Positions 48,320 to 58,127 of a stretch of DNA of 64,000 bases are shown here, piece by piece. Positions within the stretch are counted from its first letter, which is position 1; every line of letters starts with the position of its first letter. The notes beneath the pieces are model-generated. The model ran no database searches, was not told the DNA's origin, and saw only the letters and a program-made list of their open reading frames with translations. The position numbers and the translations under genes are program-made. The stretch is from an uncultured Acidobacteriota bacterium (GTDB lineage: Bacteria > Acidobacteriota > Terriglobia > Acidiferrales > UBA7541), in NCBI GenBank assembly GCA_963753475.1, contig CAVWCN010000022.1, forward strand, positions 14,036-78,035, given 5' to 3'.

Positions 48320-49886
48320 TCAATCAATGCGGTAGTGGCAGCCGCGGCTCTCGCGGGCCTGATCGGCGGCTTCCAGGATCAGCAGCGCCGTCAGGATGCC
48401 GTTGCGCAGGCCGATGATGGAGTCGCTGATTTCGCATTTTTCGTAGAAGCGCGCGATTTCCAGATCGAGTTCGCGCAAGACGCGCATGGCGCGATTGAGC
48501 CGCTTCTCGCTGCGGATCAGGCCGACATAATTCCACATGGTGTGCTGGATCGTGAGCCAGTCCTGCGAGATCAGCGCGGGATCGGCGGGCTCGTGCTCAT
48601 AGCGCCAGTCGGCGATTTCGGGAAATAAAAGGCGTCGCCCGCGCAATGCGTTCGGCGGCATCGCGCCGGCGCGCGTGCCCCACACGAGGCATTCGAGCAG
48701 GGAAGTGCTGGCCAGGCGATTCGCGCCGTGCAGGCCGGTGCAGGCGACTTCGCCGACGGCGCGCAGGCGGTCGACCGTGGTGCGGCCGTAGTCGTCCGTG
48801 GCGATGCCGCCGCAGCTGTAGTGCGCCGCGGGAACGACAGGGATCGGCTCGCGCGTCATGTCGATGCCGCGCTCCATGCAAACGGCGTAGATGCCGGGAA
48901 AGCGCTCGCGGAGCTGTTCGGCGGGCTTGTGCGTGATGTCCAGATAGACGCACGGCTCGCCCGATTCGAGCATGGTCTGGTAAATGGCGCGCGCGGCAAC
49001 GTCGCGCGGGCGCGAGCGAACCGGCCGGATGAAACTTGCTGCATGAATTCTTTCCCGTGGCGGTCCACGAGGCGGCCGCCTTCGCCGCGCACCGTTTCCG
49101 AAATCAGGAAGCAGCCGTCCGGCGCCAGCAGCGCCGTCGGATGGAACTGGACGTATTGCATATTGATGCAGCGCGCGCCGGCGCGGTAGGCCATGGCGAT
49201 GCCGTCGCCGCGCGCGCCCGGGGGATTCGTCGTGTGCAGAAAAACGCTGCCCAGGCCGCCGGTGGCCAGGATCGTTTCCTTGGCCAGGATGGAGAAAATT
49301 TTTCCCGTGGTTCTGGTCGAGCACGTAGGCGCCGACGCATGTCAGCGGGCGGTAAACGTCGGTAGGCTCGACCGAATGGTGCGACGGCGTCAGCAGGTCC
49401 ACGGCGGTCGCGTTGGCGAATGACTTTCACTTTCGGGATGAGATCTCACCGCTCGAAAAAAGCCCGCTCGATCGAAAATCCGGTCTGGTCCTTGTAGTGG
49501 ATGATGCGCGGGATGGAATGGCCCGCCTCGGACGTCAGATCGAGTTCGCCGGGATATTCCGGCGAAGGATCGAAGGGCACGTGCAGCTCGTCGATCAGGA
49601 TTTCCTTCACCAGGCGCGGGCCTTCGCTGGCTGAGCAGCGAGGCGGCTTCTGGCGAACTGAGCCCGGCGCCCGCCGAAAGAATGTCGGCGACGAGTTGCT
49701 CGGGCGCTCCTCGCGCCCGCGATAAATGATGCCGCCTTGCGCGCGGTAGGTGTTGCTGTCCTCGGGATTCGAGGCGCGCGTGAGCAGCGTGACTTCGCAA
49801 CCGCGTTTTGCGGCGTCCCACGCCGCCGCCAGGCCGCCCAGGCCGCTGCCGATCACGAGAATGTCGGTTTGTTTTGTTTCGGTCAC
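48320..49886 (-). pseudogene. nadB: L-aspartate oxidase NadB; many frame breaks
   Basis: The N-terminus DILVIGSGLGGLAAAWDAAKRG...AQGGI lies in 49446..49886. Middle pieces ATGGLG..., [20 protein letters not shown] and [14 protein letters not shown] lie in 48856..49194. The C-terminus VVPAAHYSCGGI...LHGANRLASTSLLE...ESRGCHYRID lies in 48320..49402. Confidence 0.85.
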
Positions 49887-49968
49887 TCGCTATCCCGATG
49901 CTACGTCGACGCCCAGTTGGCTCATTCGCGCGAATCCTTCAGGCGGATGGTGCGGTGCCGTTGAATGG

Positions 49969-49998
49969 TTTCTGTTTTGCATTTATTGCAAACAGAAA
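49969..49998. promoter_or_regulatory. AT-rich 12-13-bp inverted repeat tttctgttttgca-ttta-t-tgcaaacagaaa between alkA-like (3') and nadB (5')
   Basis: Read directly, with one bulged T. It sits 83-112 nt upstream of the nadB start codon (49886) and 55-84 nt downstream of the alkA-like stop. Confidence 0.4.
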
Positions 49999-50052
49999 TC
50001 GCCGCAAGTCATTGAAAACAAAGGGCGGACCAAGATTCTAATCGATACAAAA

Positions 50053-50774
50053 TCACGTTTTTCCGGCCCCTTTCGCCCCCCGTTTCGCGCGGCCCTTGCC
50101 CTTCGCTTTGGTTAGCTTCCGGCCATCCTTGCCGGCCAGTTCGACGGCGCGCCACATATACCAGCTCGCGACGGTGCGGTAGGGGCGCCAGCGCTCGCCA
50201 AATTTCAGAAGCTCTTTCGGCTTCGGGATGCGCCGCTTTCCATACGTGAGGGCATACCCTTTTTGCACACCATAATCGTGGATCGGCAAAACGTCAGGGC
50301 GCCCGAGACGGAAGATCAGGAACATCTCGACGGTCCAGGCGCCGATGCCGCGCACGGAGATCAGGCGATCGACGAGTTCCTGGTCGGACATTTTTTCCGC
50401 TTCGGCGAGCGTCGGGACGATGCCCTCGGTCGTTTTGCGCGCCAGACCTTCACGGCGAGGATTTTCGCGCCTGAAAGGCCCGCCTTGCGCAGCGTTTGGG
50501 TACGAATGCGCGCCACTTCTTGCGGGGTAGGGCAACCGTTGGATCCGAGCGCCTTGATTCGCGCGAAGATGGTGGCCGCGGCCTTGCCCGAAATGCTCTG
50601 GTAGGTAATCGCTTCCAGTAGCGACTCGTAAACGCTGTCGCATTCATCGAGCTTGAATTGAAACTTGCCGACTCGTTCGATCAGGCTCGCGAGCCGCTCG
50701 TCGATGCGCGACAACGCCGCGTGCGCTTCGAGATGATCGAAGGGAAGCGGCTGGCTGGAATCGAGCGTGTTCAT
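50053..50774 (-). pseudogene. HhH-GPD DNA glycosylase (AlkA/3-methyladenine glycosylase II-like) with a Lys-rich tail; one frame break near 50460
   Basis: The N-terminal part lies in 50361..50807, with the Met at 50774 (MNTLDSSQ...SLLEAITYQSISGKAAATIFARI). The HhH-GPD part LISVRGIGAWTVEMFLIFRLGRPDVLPIHDYGVQKG lies in 50053..50643. Confidence 0.75.
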
Positions 50775-50834
50775 GGAGTCCGCGGGTCCGAAGTTCCGGC
50801 GCACCATCCGATGCAGTTGCCCCAGTGGCGGGCT

Positions 50835-51644
50835 CTAGCGATCGTTTTCCTCGAGAAGAACTTTCCAGCGCGCCCAGGCCTGCTTCCGCGCGTCGGAGTT
50901 CGCGTCATTCGCGTCGGGCGCCTCGCCGGCCCGCATGAAACCGTGACCAGCGCCCTTGTAGATCACCGGTTCATAGTGTTTGCCGGCCGCTTTCATCTCC
51001 TCTTGCGCTTCGGGGACCGTGGCCGTGACGCGTTCGTCGTTGCCGCCATAGAAACCGTAGACGGGAGCGGTGATCCGCTTCATCGCTTCTGCAGGAGGCG
51101 GCACGCCGTAGAAGACGAAGGCCGCGCTCAAGCCGCGGCGGTTTGTCGCATAGCGGAAGCTTTGACCGCCGCCCCAGCAGAAACCCACGACGAAAAGTTT
51201 GCCGTTTGAGGCAGGCAGCTTGAGGCCATAGTTCGCGGCGGCATTCAGGTCGGCGGTGATCTGGTCGGGATCGAGATGACTGATCGCCTCGATGGCCTGC
51301 TGCTGCGTGAAAGACGTCGTGCGCCCGCCGTGGGGACCCATACCGGAGAGAAGATCTGGTTCTACGGCAATATAGCCCTGCGCCGCAATCTCGTCGGCCA
51401 CCAACTGGGCCCAGTCCGTGAGGCCGAAAATTTCGTGGATTACGAGGACGACGGGGCGCTTGTCTTTCGCCTGCGGATAGACGATGAGCGTGTCGACCTT
51501 GCGATGACCGTGTTTCACGGTGACCCATTCGAGGTGACGAGGAGACTTGTCGAGCCGAGCGCTGGCCCATTCCTGAGCCGAAGTCGTATGGGCGCCGAGC
51601 AGAACCACGATTGTAGCCAGGAAAATGGCGGCGAAACGTCTCAT
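50835..51644 (-). CDS. Secreted dienelactone hydrolase family protein
   Basis: ORF track 50835..51707. The Met at 51644 gives a signal peptide (MRRFAAIFLATIVVLLGAHTTSAQ). Motifs VLVIHEIFGL, GFCWGG and GAGHGF are present. Confidence 0.8.
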   Translation of the reverse strand: MRRFAAIFLATIVVLLGAHTTSAQEWASARLDKSPRHLEWVTVKHGHRKVDTLIVYPQAKDKRPVVLVIHEIFGLTDWAQLVADEIAAQGYIAVEPDLLSGMGPHGGRTTSFTQQQAIEAISHLDPDQITADLNAAANYGLKLPASNGKLFVVGFCWGGGQSFRYATNRRGLSAAFVFYGVPPPAEAMKRITAPVYGFYGGNDERVTATVPEAQEEMKAAGKHYEPVIYKGAGHGFMRAGEAPDANDANSDARKQAWARWKVLLEENDR

Positions 51645-51781
51645 GTTTATCGCCTCTCTCGAATCGAGCATGCTTGCGATGATAGCGGCGCTCGGGAGGG
51701 CTGGCAAGTCTCAGGGAAGTTCGGGGCCAATCCGAAGGCAGTGCCTGGAGCGGAAAGGGTTTTGCCGGCGCGAGGGCTTAT

Positions 51782-51810
51782 TTGCCCGCCTTCTGCGAGG
51801 CGCGTATAAT
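51782..51810 (+). promoter_or_regulatory. Sigma70-type promoter TTGCCC-17 nt-TATAAT upstream of uvrA
   Basis: TTGCCC at 51782-51787, a 17-nt spacer, and a consensus TATAAT at 51805-51810. The uvrA ATG at 51826 implies a very short leader without an obvious SD. Confidence 0.5.
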
Positions 51811-51825
51811 TTTTGGTTTATACCC

Positions 51826-54800
51826 ATGGCGACAAAGTCCACCGAGAAGTCCGCGCCTGGAAGTGCGGAGGAGATCGCCCGCCGGTCCGCGCGACGCAGA
51901 TTGATTGCCCAGTCGAGAGGTGGCGCGGGGGAATCCGCTGCCCTCCTTACGGAGCACGAGGGCAACGAGACGGAGGAAATACGGGTCCGCGGGGCCCGCG
52001 TCCATAACCTGAAGAATATCGACGTCACGATCCCCCACAATGCGATTACGGTGGTGACAGGCGTTTCGGGGTCGGGGAAATCGAGCCTCGCCTTCGATAC
52101 GCTGTACGCGGAGGGGCAGCGTCGATATATCGAATCGCTCTCGGCGTACGCGCGGCAGTTCCTCGAACGCATCGAAAAGCCCGATGTGGACGAAATCACC
52201 GGAATCGCCCCTGCGATTTCCATCCGCCAGAAAAATACAACCCGAAACCCGCGGTCGACGGTGGCGACGGCGACCGAGATTTACGATTACATGCGGCTGC
52301 TATTCGCGCGCGTGGGACATACGTTTTGCCTGCGCTGCGGGGAAGAAGTCCGGCGAGACACGCTGGATGAAATCGCGGAACGCGTGCTGGCGCTGGCCGA
52401 AGGCCAGCGCTTCTACGTTTTGTACGAGTTGAAGCTCGCGCCGGAGGCGGATAAGAAGGGCGCCGTGGTTCCGCGGCAAACGATCTCCGAGGGGAGTCCG
52501 GCGCCCGAAAGTTCCCCCGAAGCCCAGGAGGCGGCAGCCCCGAACGCGAGAGTTCAGGCGGAAGGGACGGCGGCTTCGCTTTTGAAAGTAAGGGCGTCAA
52601 AGCGCAAGCAGTCGTCGGCGGAAGCGGTGCGGGAAGCGCTGGTCAGCCTGCGGAAGCGCGGGTTCAACCGGCTGTATCAGGGCGGGCGAGTCTTCGAGTT
52701 TGCGACGCCGGAGGATCTGCTCGACGTCGATTTCGCGAAGCCCGTGTATGTCCTGGTGGACCGGCTCGCGGTCTCACCGGAAATGCGCTCGCGCCTGATG
52801 GATTCGATCGAAATCTGCTACCGCGAGGGGCGCGGTGAAGCAATCCTCGAGTTTGTTCCGGAGGCTCCGGGCGGCGAACCGGAACGGCTCGTCTTCAACG
52901 AGCGGTTCGATTGCAAAAAATGCGGCGCTTCGTATCAGGAACCCGAGCCGCGACTTTTCTCGTTCAACAATCCGTATGGCGCGTGCCCGCGCTGCCAGGG
53001 ATTCGGCAACACGATCGATTTCGACATCGACCGCGTGATTCCGGACAAGAGCAAGTCGCTGGCGAACGGCGCGATCGAGCCGTGGACGAAGCCGCGGTAC
53101 CGGCAACTGGCGATGGACATGCGGAAGTTCGCGCGGGCGAAGGGGATTCCAGTGGACGTCCCCTTTCGCAACCTGACTGAGGCGCAACGTGAAACGATTA
53201 TCGAAGGAGATCGCGGAGCGGATTTTCCCGGCGTAAAGGGATTTTTCGGCTGGCTGGAACGGAAAAAGTACAAGCTGCACGTTCGCGTCTTTCTGAGCCG
53301 TTATCGCGGGTACGCGACGTGCCCGGAGTGCAACGGCACGCGGCTGCGAGCGGAGGCGCGCGCGGTGAAAGTGGCGGGGCGATCGATTACGGAAGTCTGC
53401 CAGATGACCGTAAGGGAAGCCCGGCCCTTCTTCGATGGTTTGAAACTGAGCCCGGGGGAGGCGGAGATCGCAGACAAGGTCCAGATCGAAATTCAGCAGC
53501 GGCTGCGCTTTCTGGACGAAGTTGGATCTGGAGTATCTGACGCTGGACCGGCTGACGTCGACACTATCGGGCGGGGAAGCGCAGCGCATTCAACTGGCGA
53601 CGTCGCTCGGATCGCATCTGGTCGGCGCGCTGTACGTACTGGACGAGCCGTCAATCGGGTTGCACCCGCGCGACACGCACCGGTTGATCAATATATTGAA
53701 GGGGCTGCGCGACCTCGGGAATACGCTGGTGGTGGTGGAGCACGATCCGGACACGATTCTCGCGGCGGACTACGTGCTCGACCTGGGCCCGGGAGCCGGC
53801 GAACACGGCGGCGCGGTGATTTTTGCGGGAACGCGCGAGGCGCTGCTGTCGGACGCGCAATCGCTCACCGGACGCTATTTGCGAGGCGATTTGCGCATTG
53901 CGGTTCCGCAACGGCGGCGAAGGCCGCAAGGCAAGTTTCTGAAAATCGAGGGCGCGCGAAGCCACAATCTGCAAGGCGTCGACGTGATGATTCCGCTCGG
54001 ACTGCTTGTGGCGATTACGGGGGTTTCGGGATCGGGGAAATCGACGCTCGTGTACGACGTGCTTTACAAGGCGCTGCAGGCGAAAAGGACGGGTGGAAAC
54101 TGGCGCGAGTACTGCGACCGCATCGACGGCGACGCGGCGCTGACGGCCATCGAGATGGTTGACCAGTCGCCGATCGGGCGGACGCCGCGGTCAAATCCGG
54201 CGACCTACCTGAAAGCGTTCGATCCGATTCGCGAGGTTTTTGCGGCGACGCCGCAGGCGAGGAAGCGCGGCTTCAGCTCCGGCGACTTCTCGTTCAATAT
54301 CGCCGGTGGGCGCTGCGAGGCATGCCAGGGCGACGGGACGGTCACCGTGGAGATGCGCTTTCTGGCGGATGTTGAGCTGGTATGCGAGGAGTGCCGGGGA
54401 ACGCGGTACAAGAGCAGCGTGCTCGAGGTGCTCTATCGGGACAAGAATATTCATGACGTCCTGCAGATGACTGTGCGCGAGGCGCTCGCTTTTTTTGCGG
54501 CGCATCCGAAAGTGACGTCGCGATTGCGCGTGCTGGAGGAGGTCGGACTCGGCTACCTGCGGCTGGGGCAATCGGGAACGACGCTCTCCGGCGGCGAAGC
54601 ACAACGGTTGAAGCTGGCCGCGCATCTCACTCGGCAGGAGAACGCCGGGATTCTATACATTTTCGACGAGCCGACGACCGGCTTGCATTTCGACGACATT
54701 CAGAAGTTGCTCACGGCGTTCCGTAAACTGATCGAGGGCGGCGCTTCGGTGCTGGTCATCGAGCACAACCTGGACATGATCAAGTGCGCGGACTGGATGA

Positions 54801-54991
54801 TCGACCTCGGGCCGGAAGGCGGCGACGCGGGTGGGCGCGTGGTCGCCGCGGGAACGCCCGAGCAGGTGGCACGCAACTCACAATCGCACACGGGCCGGTT
54901 TCTTGCCGCGGCTTTGAGCGCGGCCAACGGCAACCACAAGAACCACTCATCGCTCGCCGGGCAGGACGGTCGGACGGGCAATTCCTCCTGA
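51826..54991 (+). pseudogene. uvrA: Excinuclease ABC subunit UvrA; single frame break near 53527
   Basis: Joined from ORFs 51625..54162 and 53522..54991. Motifs [47 protein letters not shown]|LEYLTLDRLTSTLSGGEAQRIQLA and a second ABC half [12 protein letters not shown]...LSGGEAQRLKLA are present. The extra base lies in ggatctgg and is not in a homopolymer. Confidence 0.9.
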
Positions 54992-54993
54992 CC

Positions 54994-56322
54994 ATGACGC
55001 AGCGCGCTTTCCTTCGGATAGCGGCATGCGGCGCCGTGCTCCTCCTCACGAGCGCAGCGCCGCCCGCATTCGCGCAAACAGTCGGCACCAGCCGGAAACG
55101 CGTTCACGACCCCGAAGCGGAAATGCTGCAGAAGCTTCTGGCGGACGCGCGGACGGCGCTCGATCAAAAGGATTACGCAACGGCGTCGCAGAAATACGAG
55201 GCCTATCTCGCAAAGAACCCGACCAGCGCCTACGCGCATTTCCAGCTTGGATACACCTACACAGCGATGGAGCGTCCGGCCGATGCCAAGCCCGAGTACG
55301 CGAAGGCGATTGAGCTCGATCCGAAAATGGACGCGGCGTACACAAATCTGGGAATGACGCTGCTCGAACTACGGCAGCCGGGAGACGCCGTCGAGCCCTT
55401 CGAAAAGGCTGCGGAACTTGCTCCGACGGACGCGCACGCGCGATTCCTGGCGGGTGTTGCACTCGAGCAATCGGGAAAAATTCCGGAAGCGGCCGAGCAG
55501 TATCAGGCTGCGGAGAAACTCGACGGGAAGGATCTCGAAATTCGGGAGGCGTTAGGGCACGCACTGCTCGGCGCGAATCGTCCGGGCGAAGCCGAGGCGG
55601 AATTCCGTGCGGCGATTGCACTGCGGCCCGACTCAGCACGGGCGCATCTGGGTCTTGCGGAGGCGCTGATCGCGGAGAAGAAGCCGGACGAAGCCGCGGC
55701 GCAACTGGACGATTATCTGAAATCAAAGCCGAATGACGCGAATGCGCGGGTGGACCGCGCCTCCATCCTGATCAACGCGGGCAAGTTCGACGACGGCATC
55801 GCCGAACTCGATCGTGCTGCGGCGCTGAAGCCGGAAGACGCGGGTTCGCTGGGCCTGCGCGCGCAGGCGTATCTCGGCGAGAATAAGTACGACGCGGCGA
55901 TTCCGATCCTGGAGAAGTTGGAGACTTTGAGTCCCCGCGATGCCCAATATCCGGCGGCACTGGGTCGCGCCTACCTCGAAAAGAAAGATTATCCTGATGC
56001 GATCCGGTTTCTGAGCGCGGCGTTCAAAATGGAGCCCAGCTCCAACGACGTGCTGGGGACTCTGGTGACAGCGGAATACGCGAGCGGCAATTATCAGGCC
56101 GCGCTGCAGGGCCTGAATCTGCTCTCGCAGCGGGAACCGCTTCCGCTGGGAAGTGTCTTTCTTCGTGCGGCCTGTTACGACAAGCTGGGAGGAGCCGCTC
56201 AGGCGCTGGACGCGTATCAGAAGTTCCTCGAGTTGAACAAGGATCGGAACAGCGACATGTATTTTGTGGCTTCGGAACGCGCGCGGTTCCTGAAACGCCA
56301 GTTGCAAGAGAAAAAGAGGTAG
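54994..56322 (+). CDS. Secreted TPR-repeat protein
   Basis: The ATG lies 2 nt after the uvrA stop. It has a signal peptide (MTQRAFLRIAACGAVLLLTSAAPPAFAQ) followed by about 10 TPR units (AYAHFQLGYTY..., AEFRAAIALRPDSARAHLGLAEAL...). Confidence 0.8.
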   Translation: MTQRAFLRIAACGAVLLLTSAAPPAFAQTVGTSRKRVHDPEAEMLQKLLADARTALDQKDYATASQKYEAYLAKNPTSAYAHFQLGYTYTAMERPADAKPEYAKAIELDPKMDAAYTNLGMTLLELRQPGDAVEPFEKAAELAPTDAHARFLAGVALEQSGKIPEAAEQYQAAEKLDGKDLEIREALGHALLGANRPGEAEAEFRAAIALRPDSARAHLGLAEALIAEKKPDEAAAQLDDYLKSKPNDANARVDRASILINAGKFDDGIAELDRAAALKPEDAGSLGLRAQAYLGENKYDAAIPILEKLETLSPRDAQYPAALGRAYLEKKDYPDAIRFLSAAFKMEPSSNDVLGTLVTAEYASGNYQAALQGLNLLSQREPLPLGSVFLRAACYDKLGGAAQALDAYQKFLELNKDRNSDMYFVASERARFLKRQLQEKKR

Positions 56323-56328
56323 ACGCTC

Positions 56329-56826
56329 TTGTTCGCAAGCCTACGCATCGCCGGGTTGTGGATGATCGCACTCCCGCTGATCTTCGGCCACAGCCACAAG
56401 GAAGATCTGGCCAAAGACCGGGCCAAATTCGAGCAGGAAACCGATCCGGTGCACAAGGCGAAGCTGATGGTGCATCTGGGCAGAGCGGAATTCGAGGAAA
56501 TCGAAAAGCAGGCTGGAGACAACAATCTTGACGAAGCGTTGAAAGGGGCGCGCGAGTACGAAACACAGGCGGATTCCGTCGCGAAAGCTCTCGACGCGAC
56601 GGGCGCGAACGCCGAAAAGCACTCCTCCGGATTCAAGGAGCTGCAAATTTCCGTGCGCGAGGCGCTGCGGCGGCTGAATTACCTGATGGTCGGATTCTCG
56701 GCAGACGAGCAGAAGCCGTTTCAGGGGATCCGCGACAATCTCGACGCGCTGAACCGGCACTTGATCGATGAACTCTTTCCGCGCCAGCCGGCTGCGGGGC
56801 TGGATTCGGAGAAGAAAAAGGGTTAG
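56329..56826 (+). CDS. Hypothetical exported helical protein (paralog A)
   Basis: TTG start 6 nt after the TPR stop, preceded by AAGAGG. It has an N-terminal hydrophobic segment, and the rest is predicted helical and charged. Confidence 0.55.
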   Translation: MFASLRIAGLWMIALPLIFGHSHKEDLAKDRAKFEQETDPVHKAKLMVHLGRAEFEEIEKQAGDNNLDEALKGAREYETQADSVAKALDATGANAEKHSSGFKELQISVREALRRLNYLMVGFSADEQKPFQGIRDNLDALNRHLIDELFPRQPAAGLDSEKKKG

Positions 56827-56844
56827 AAGAGGGAGAGGATTTCC

Positions 56845-57393
56845 GTGCCCAGCGCGAAAATAAAAATCGTGAGCATCCTGTACCTGGCATGGATGCTGAT
56901 CGCGGCCGCGGGCACCGCGCGGGCTTCCGCGGCTCCGCAAGGAAGAAAGGATTATCTGACGGATGCCGAAGCGGACAAGATTCGCGAGAGGCAGAACCCG
57001 GGCGACCGCATCAGACTCTATCTTTCGTTCGCCGAGGACCGCCTCAAGAAATTTCAATACGAACTGACGCGGACCGTTCCGGAAGCGCACCGCGGCGACA
57101 TCCTGAACGGATTGATGAACGGGTATTCCGGATGCCTCGACGACGCCGCCGGCGAGATCGACGAGGCGAAGGACAGGCAGTTGAATATCCATCCGGAACT
57201 CAAGTTACTGGAATCGAAGGGCAAGGAATTCCTGGCCGCGCTTCAGAAGATCGAAGACGCCAAAGGGTCGGATTTCGACGATTACAGCGATACGCTCGAG
57301 GACGCGATCGACGGAACCAAGGATGCGGTTTCGGAGGCGCACCAAGCGCTGAAGGAGATGCTGCCCGCTCCCGTTCGGAGGAAACAGAATTGA
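56845..57393 (+). CDS. Hypothetical exported helical protein (paralog B)
   Basis: GTG start preceded by GGGAGAGG. It has a signal peptide (ILYLAWMLIAAAGTARASA). The motif RQNPGDRIRLYLSFAEDRLKKF parallels ETDPVHKAKLMVHLGRAEFEEI in the preceding protein. Confidence 0.6.
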   Translation: MPSAKIKIVSILYLAWMLIAAAGTARASAAPQGRKDYLTDAEADKIRERQNPGDRIRLYLSFAEDRLKKFQYELTRTVPEAHRGDILNGLMNGYSGCLDDAAGEIDEAKDRQLNIHPELKLLESKGKEFLAALQKIEDAKGSDFDDYSDTLEDAIDGTKDAVSEAHQALKEMLPAPVRRKQN

Positions 57394-58109
57394 GGCAAGC
57401 GGGCCAGCGCGGAGGTCCGGTGCCGGGCGGCGAGCGCATTTTCCAGCGCATCTATACGCGCCTCGGCTGCGCGGGACGACCGCCTCAGTTCGTGGTCGAG
57501 TACCATCCTTACGCGGATTTGACGCACACGATCCGACTGCGCGAGGACACCGCTTACGTGCGGCTTTCGGACGCGCTGCGGTCGGCCTCAAGACGGGTGA
57601 TGGAAGCGGCGGCAGCAATTCTGCTGGCGCGACTCTACCGTCGCAGGACGCCCCGAGAACTGCTAGAGACATACCGGGCGTTTTCGTACGCGCGATCGAC
57701 GCGACGGCAATTGCTCGCGTTTCGACAACGCCGAGCGCGGCGGATGGAACATCGACCTTCGGGCGTCTACCACGATCTGGCGCCGATGTTCGATCGGCTC
57801 AACCGGCGTTATTTTCGCAAACGGTTAAAACGTCCGCGCCTGGCCTGGAGCCAGCGCGCGTGGCGTACACAGCTTGGCTGCTTTGATCCCGCGCTCGATC
57901 AAATCGTGATCAATCGCCTGCTCGACAAACAGAACGTGCCTGAGCATGTCGTAGCGTACGTGCTTTACCACGAGATGCTGCACTTGAAGCATCCCATGAA
58001 GTTCGCGCGGTGCCGAAGAGAATCGCATTCCGCCCGGTTTCGCAAAGAGGAAAAGAAGTTCGCGGATTTCGGGCGAGCGATGAAGTTCCTGGAGCGCTTT
58101 CCCGCCTGA
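57390..58109 (+). CDS. SprT-like (Spartan/Wss1-type) zinc metalloprotease domain protein
   Basis: This is the C-terminal 240 codons of ORF track 56889..58109. The in-frame TTG at 57390 overlaps the previous stop, and GTG 57420 is an alternative start. FDRLNRRYFRKRLKRPRLAWSQRAWRTQLGCFDP...IVINRLL...VLYHEMLHLKH...HSARF matches the SprT pattern (FN..FF..L....W S.R....G.C...I.L...L...LLHEMxH). Confidence 0.65.
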   Translation: MRQAGQRGGPVPGGERIFQRIYTRLGCAGRPPQFVVEYHPYADLTHTIRLREDTAYVRLSDALRSASRRVMEAAAAILLARLYRRRTPRELLETYRAFSYARSTRRQLLAFRQRRARRMEHRPSGVYHDLAPMFDRLNRRYFRKRLKRPRLAWSQRAWRTQLGCFDPALDQIVINRLLDKQNVPEHVVAYVLYHEMLHLKHPMKFARCRRESHSARFRKEEKKFADFGRAMKFLERFPA

Positions 58110-58127
58110 GGCGGCCGCATTCCGCCG

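Noticed and set aside
51700-51826. A LexA/SOS box upstream of uvrA (I searched for the GTTC-N7-GTTC direct repeat reported for Acidobacterium)
   Set aside because: Only a half-site-like GTTC-N7-ATCC (near 51719-51733) is present, with no convincing full site.
56889-57389. The N-terminal 167 codons of the 406-aa ORF 56889..58109
   Set aside because: This part overlaps the better-supported exported protein at 56845..57393 in another frame and translates to Arg/Gly-rich sequence. Only the portion from about 57390 carries the SprT-like domain.
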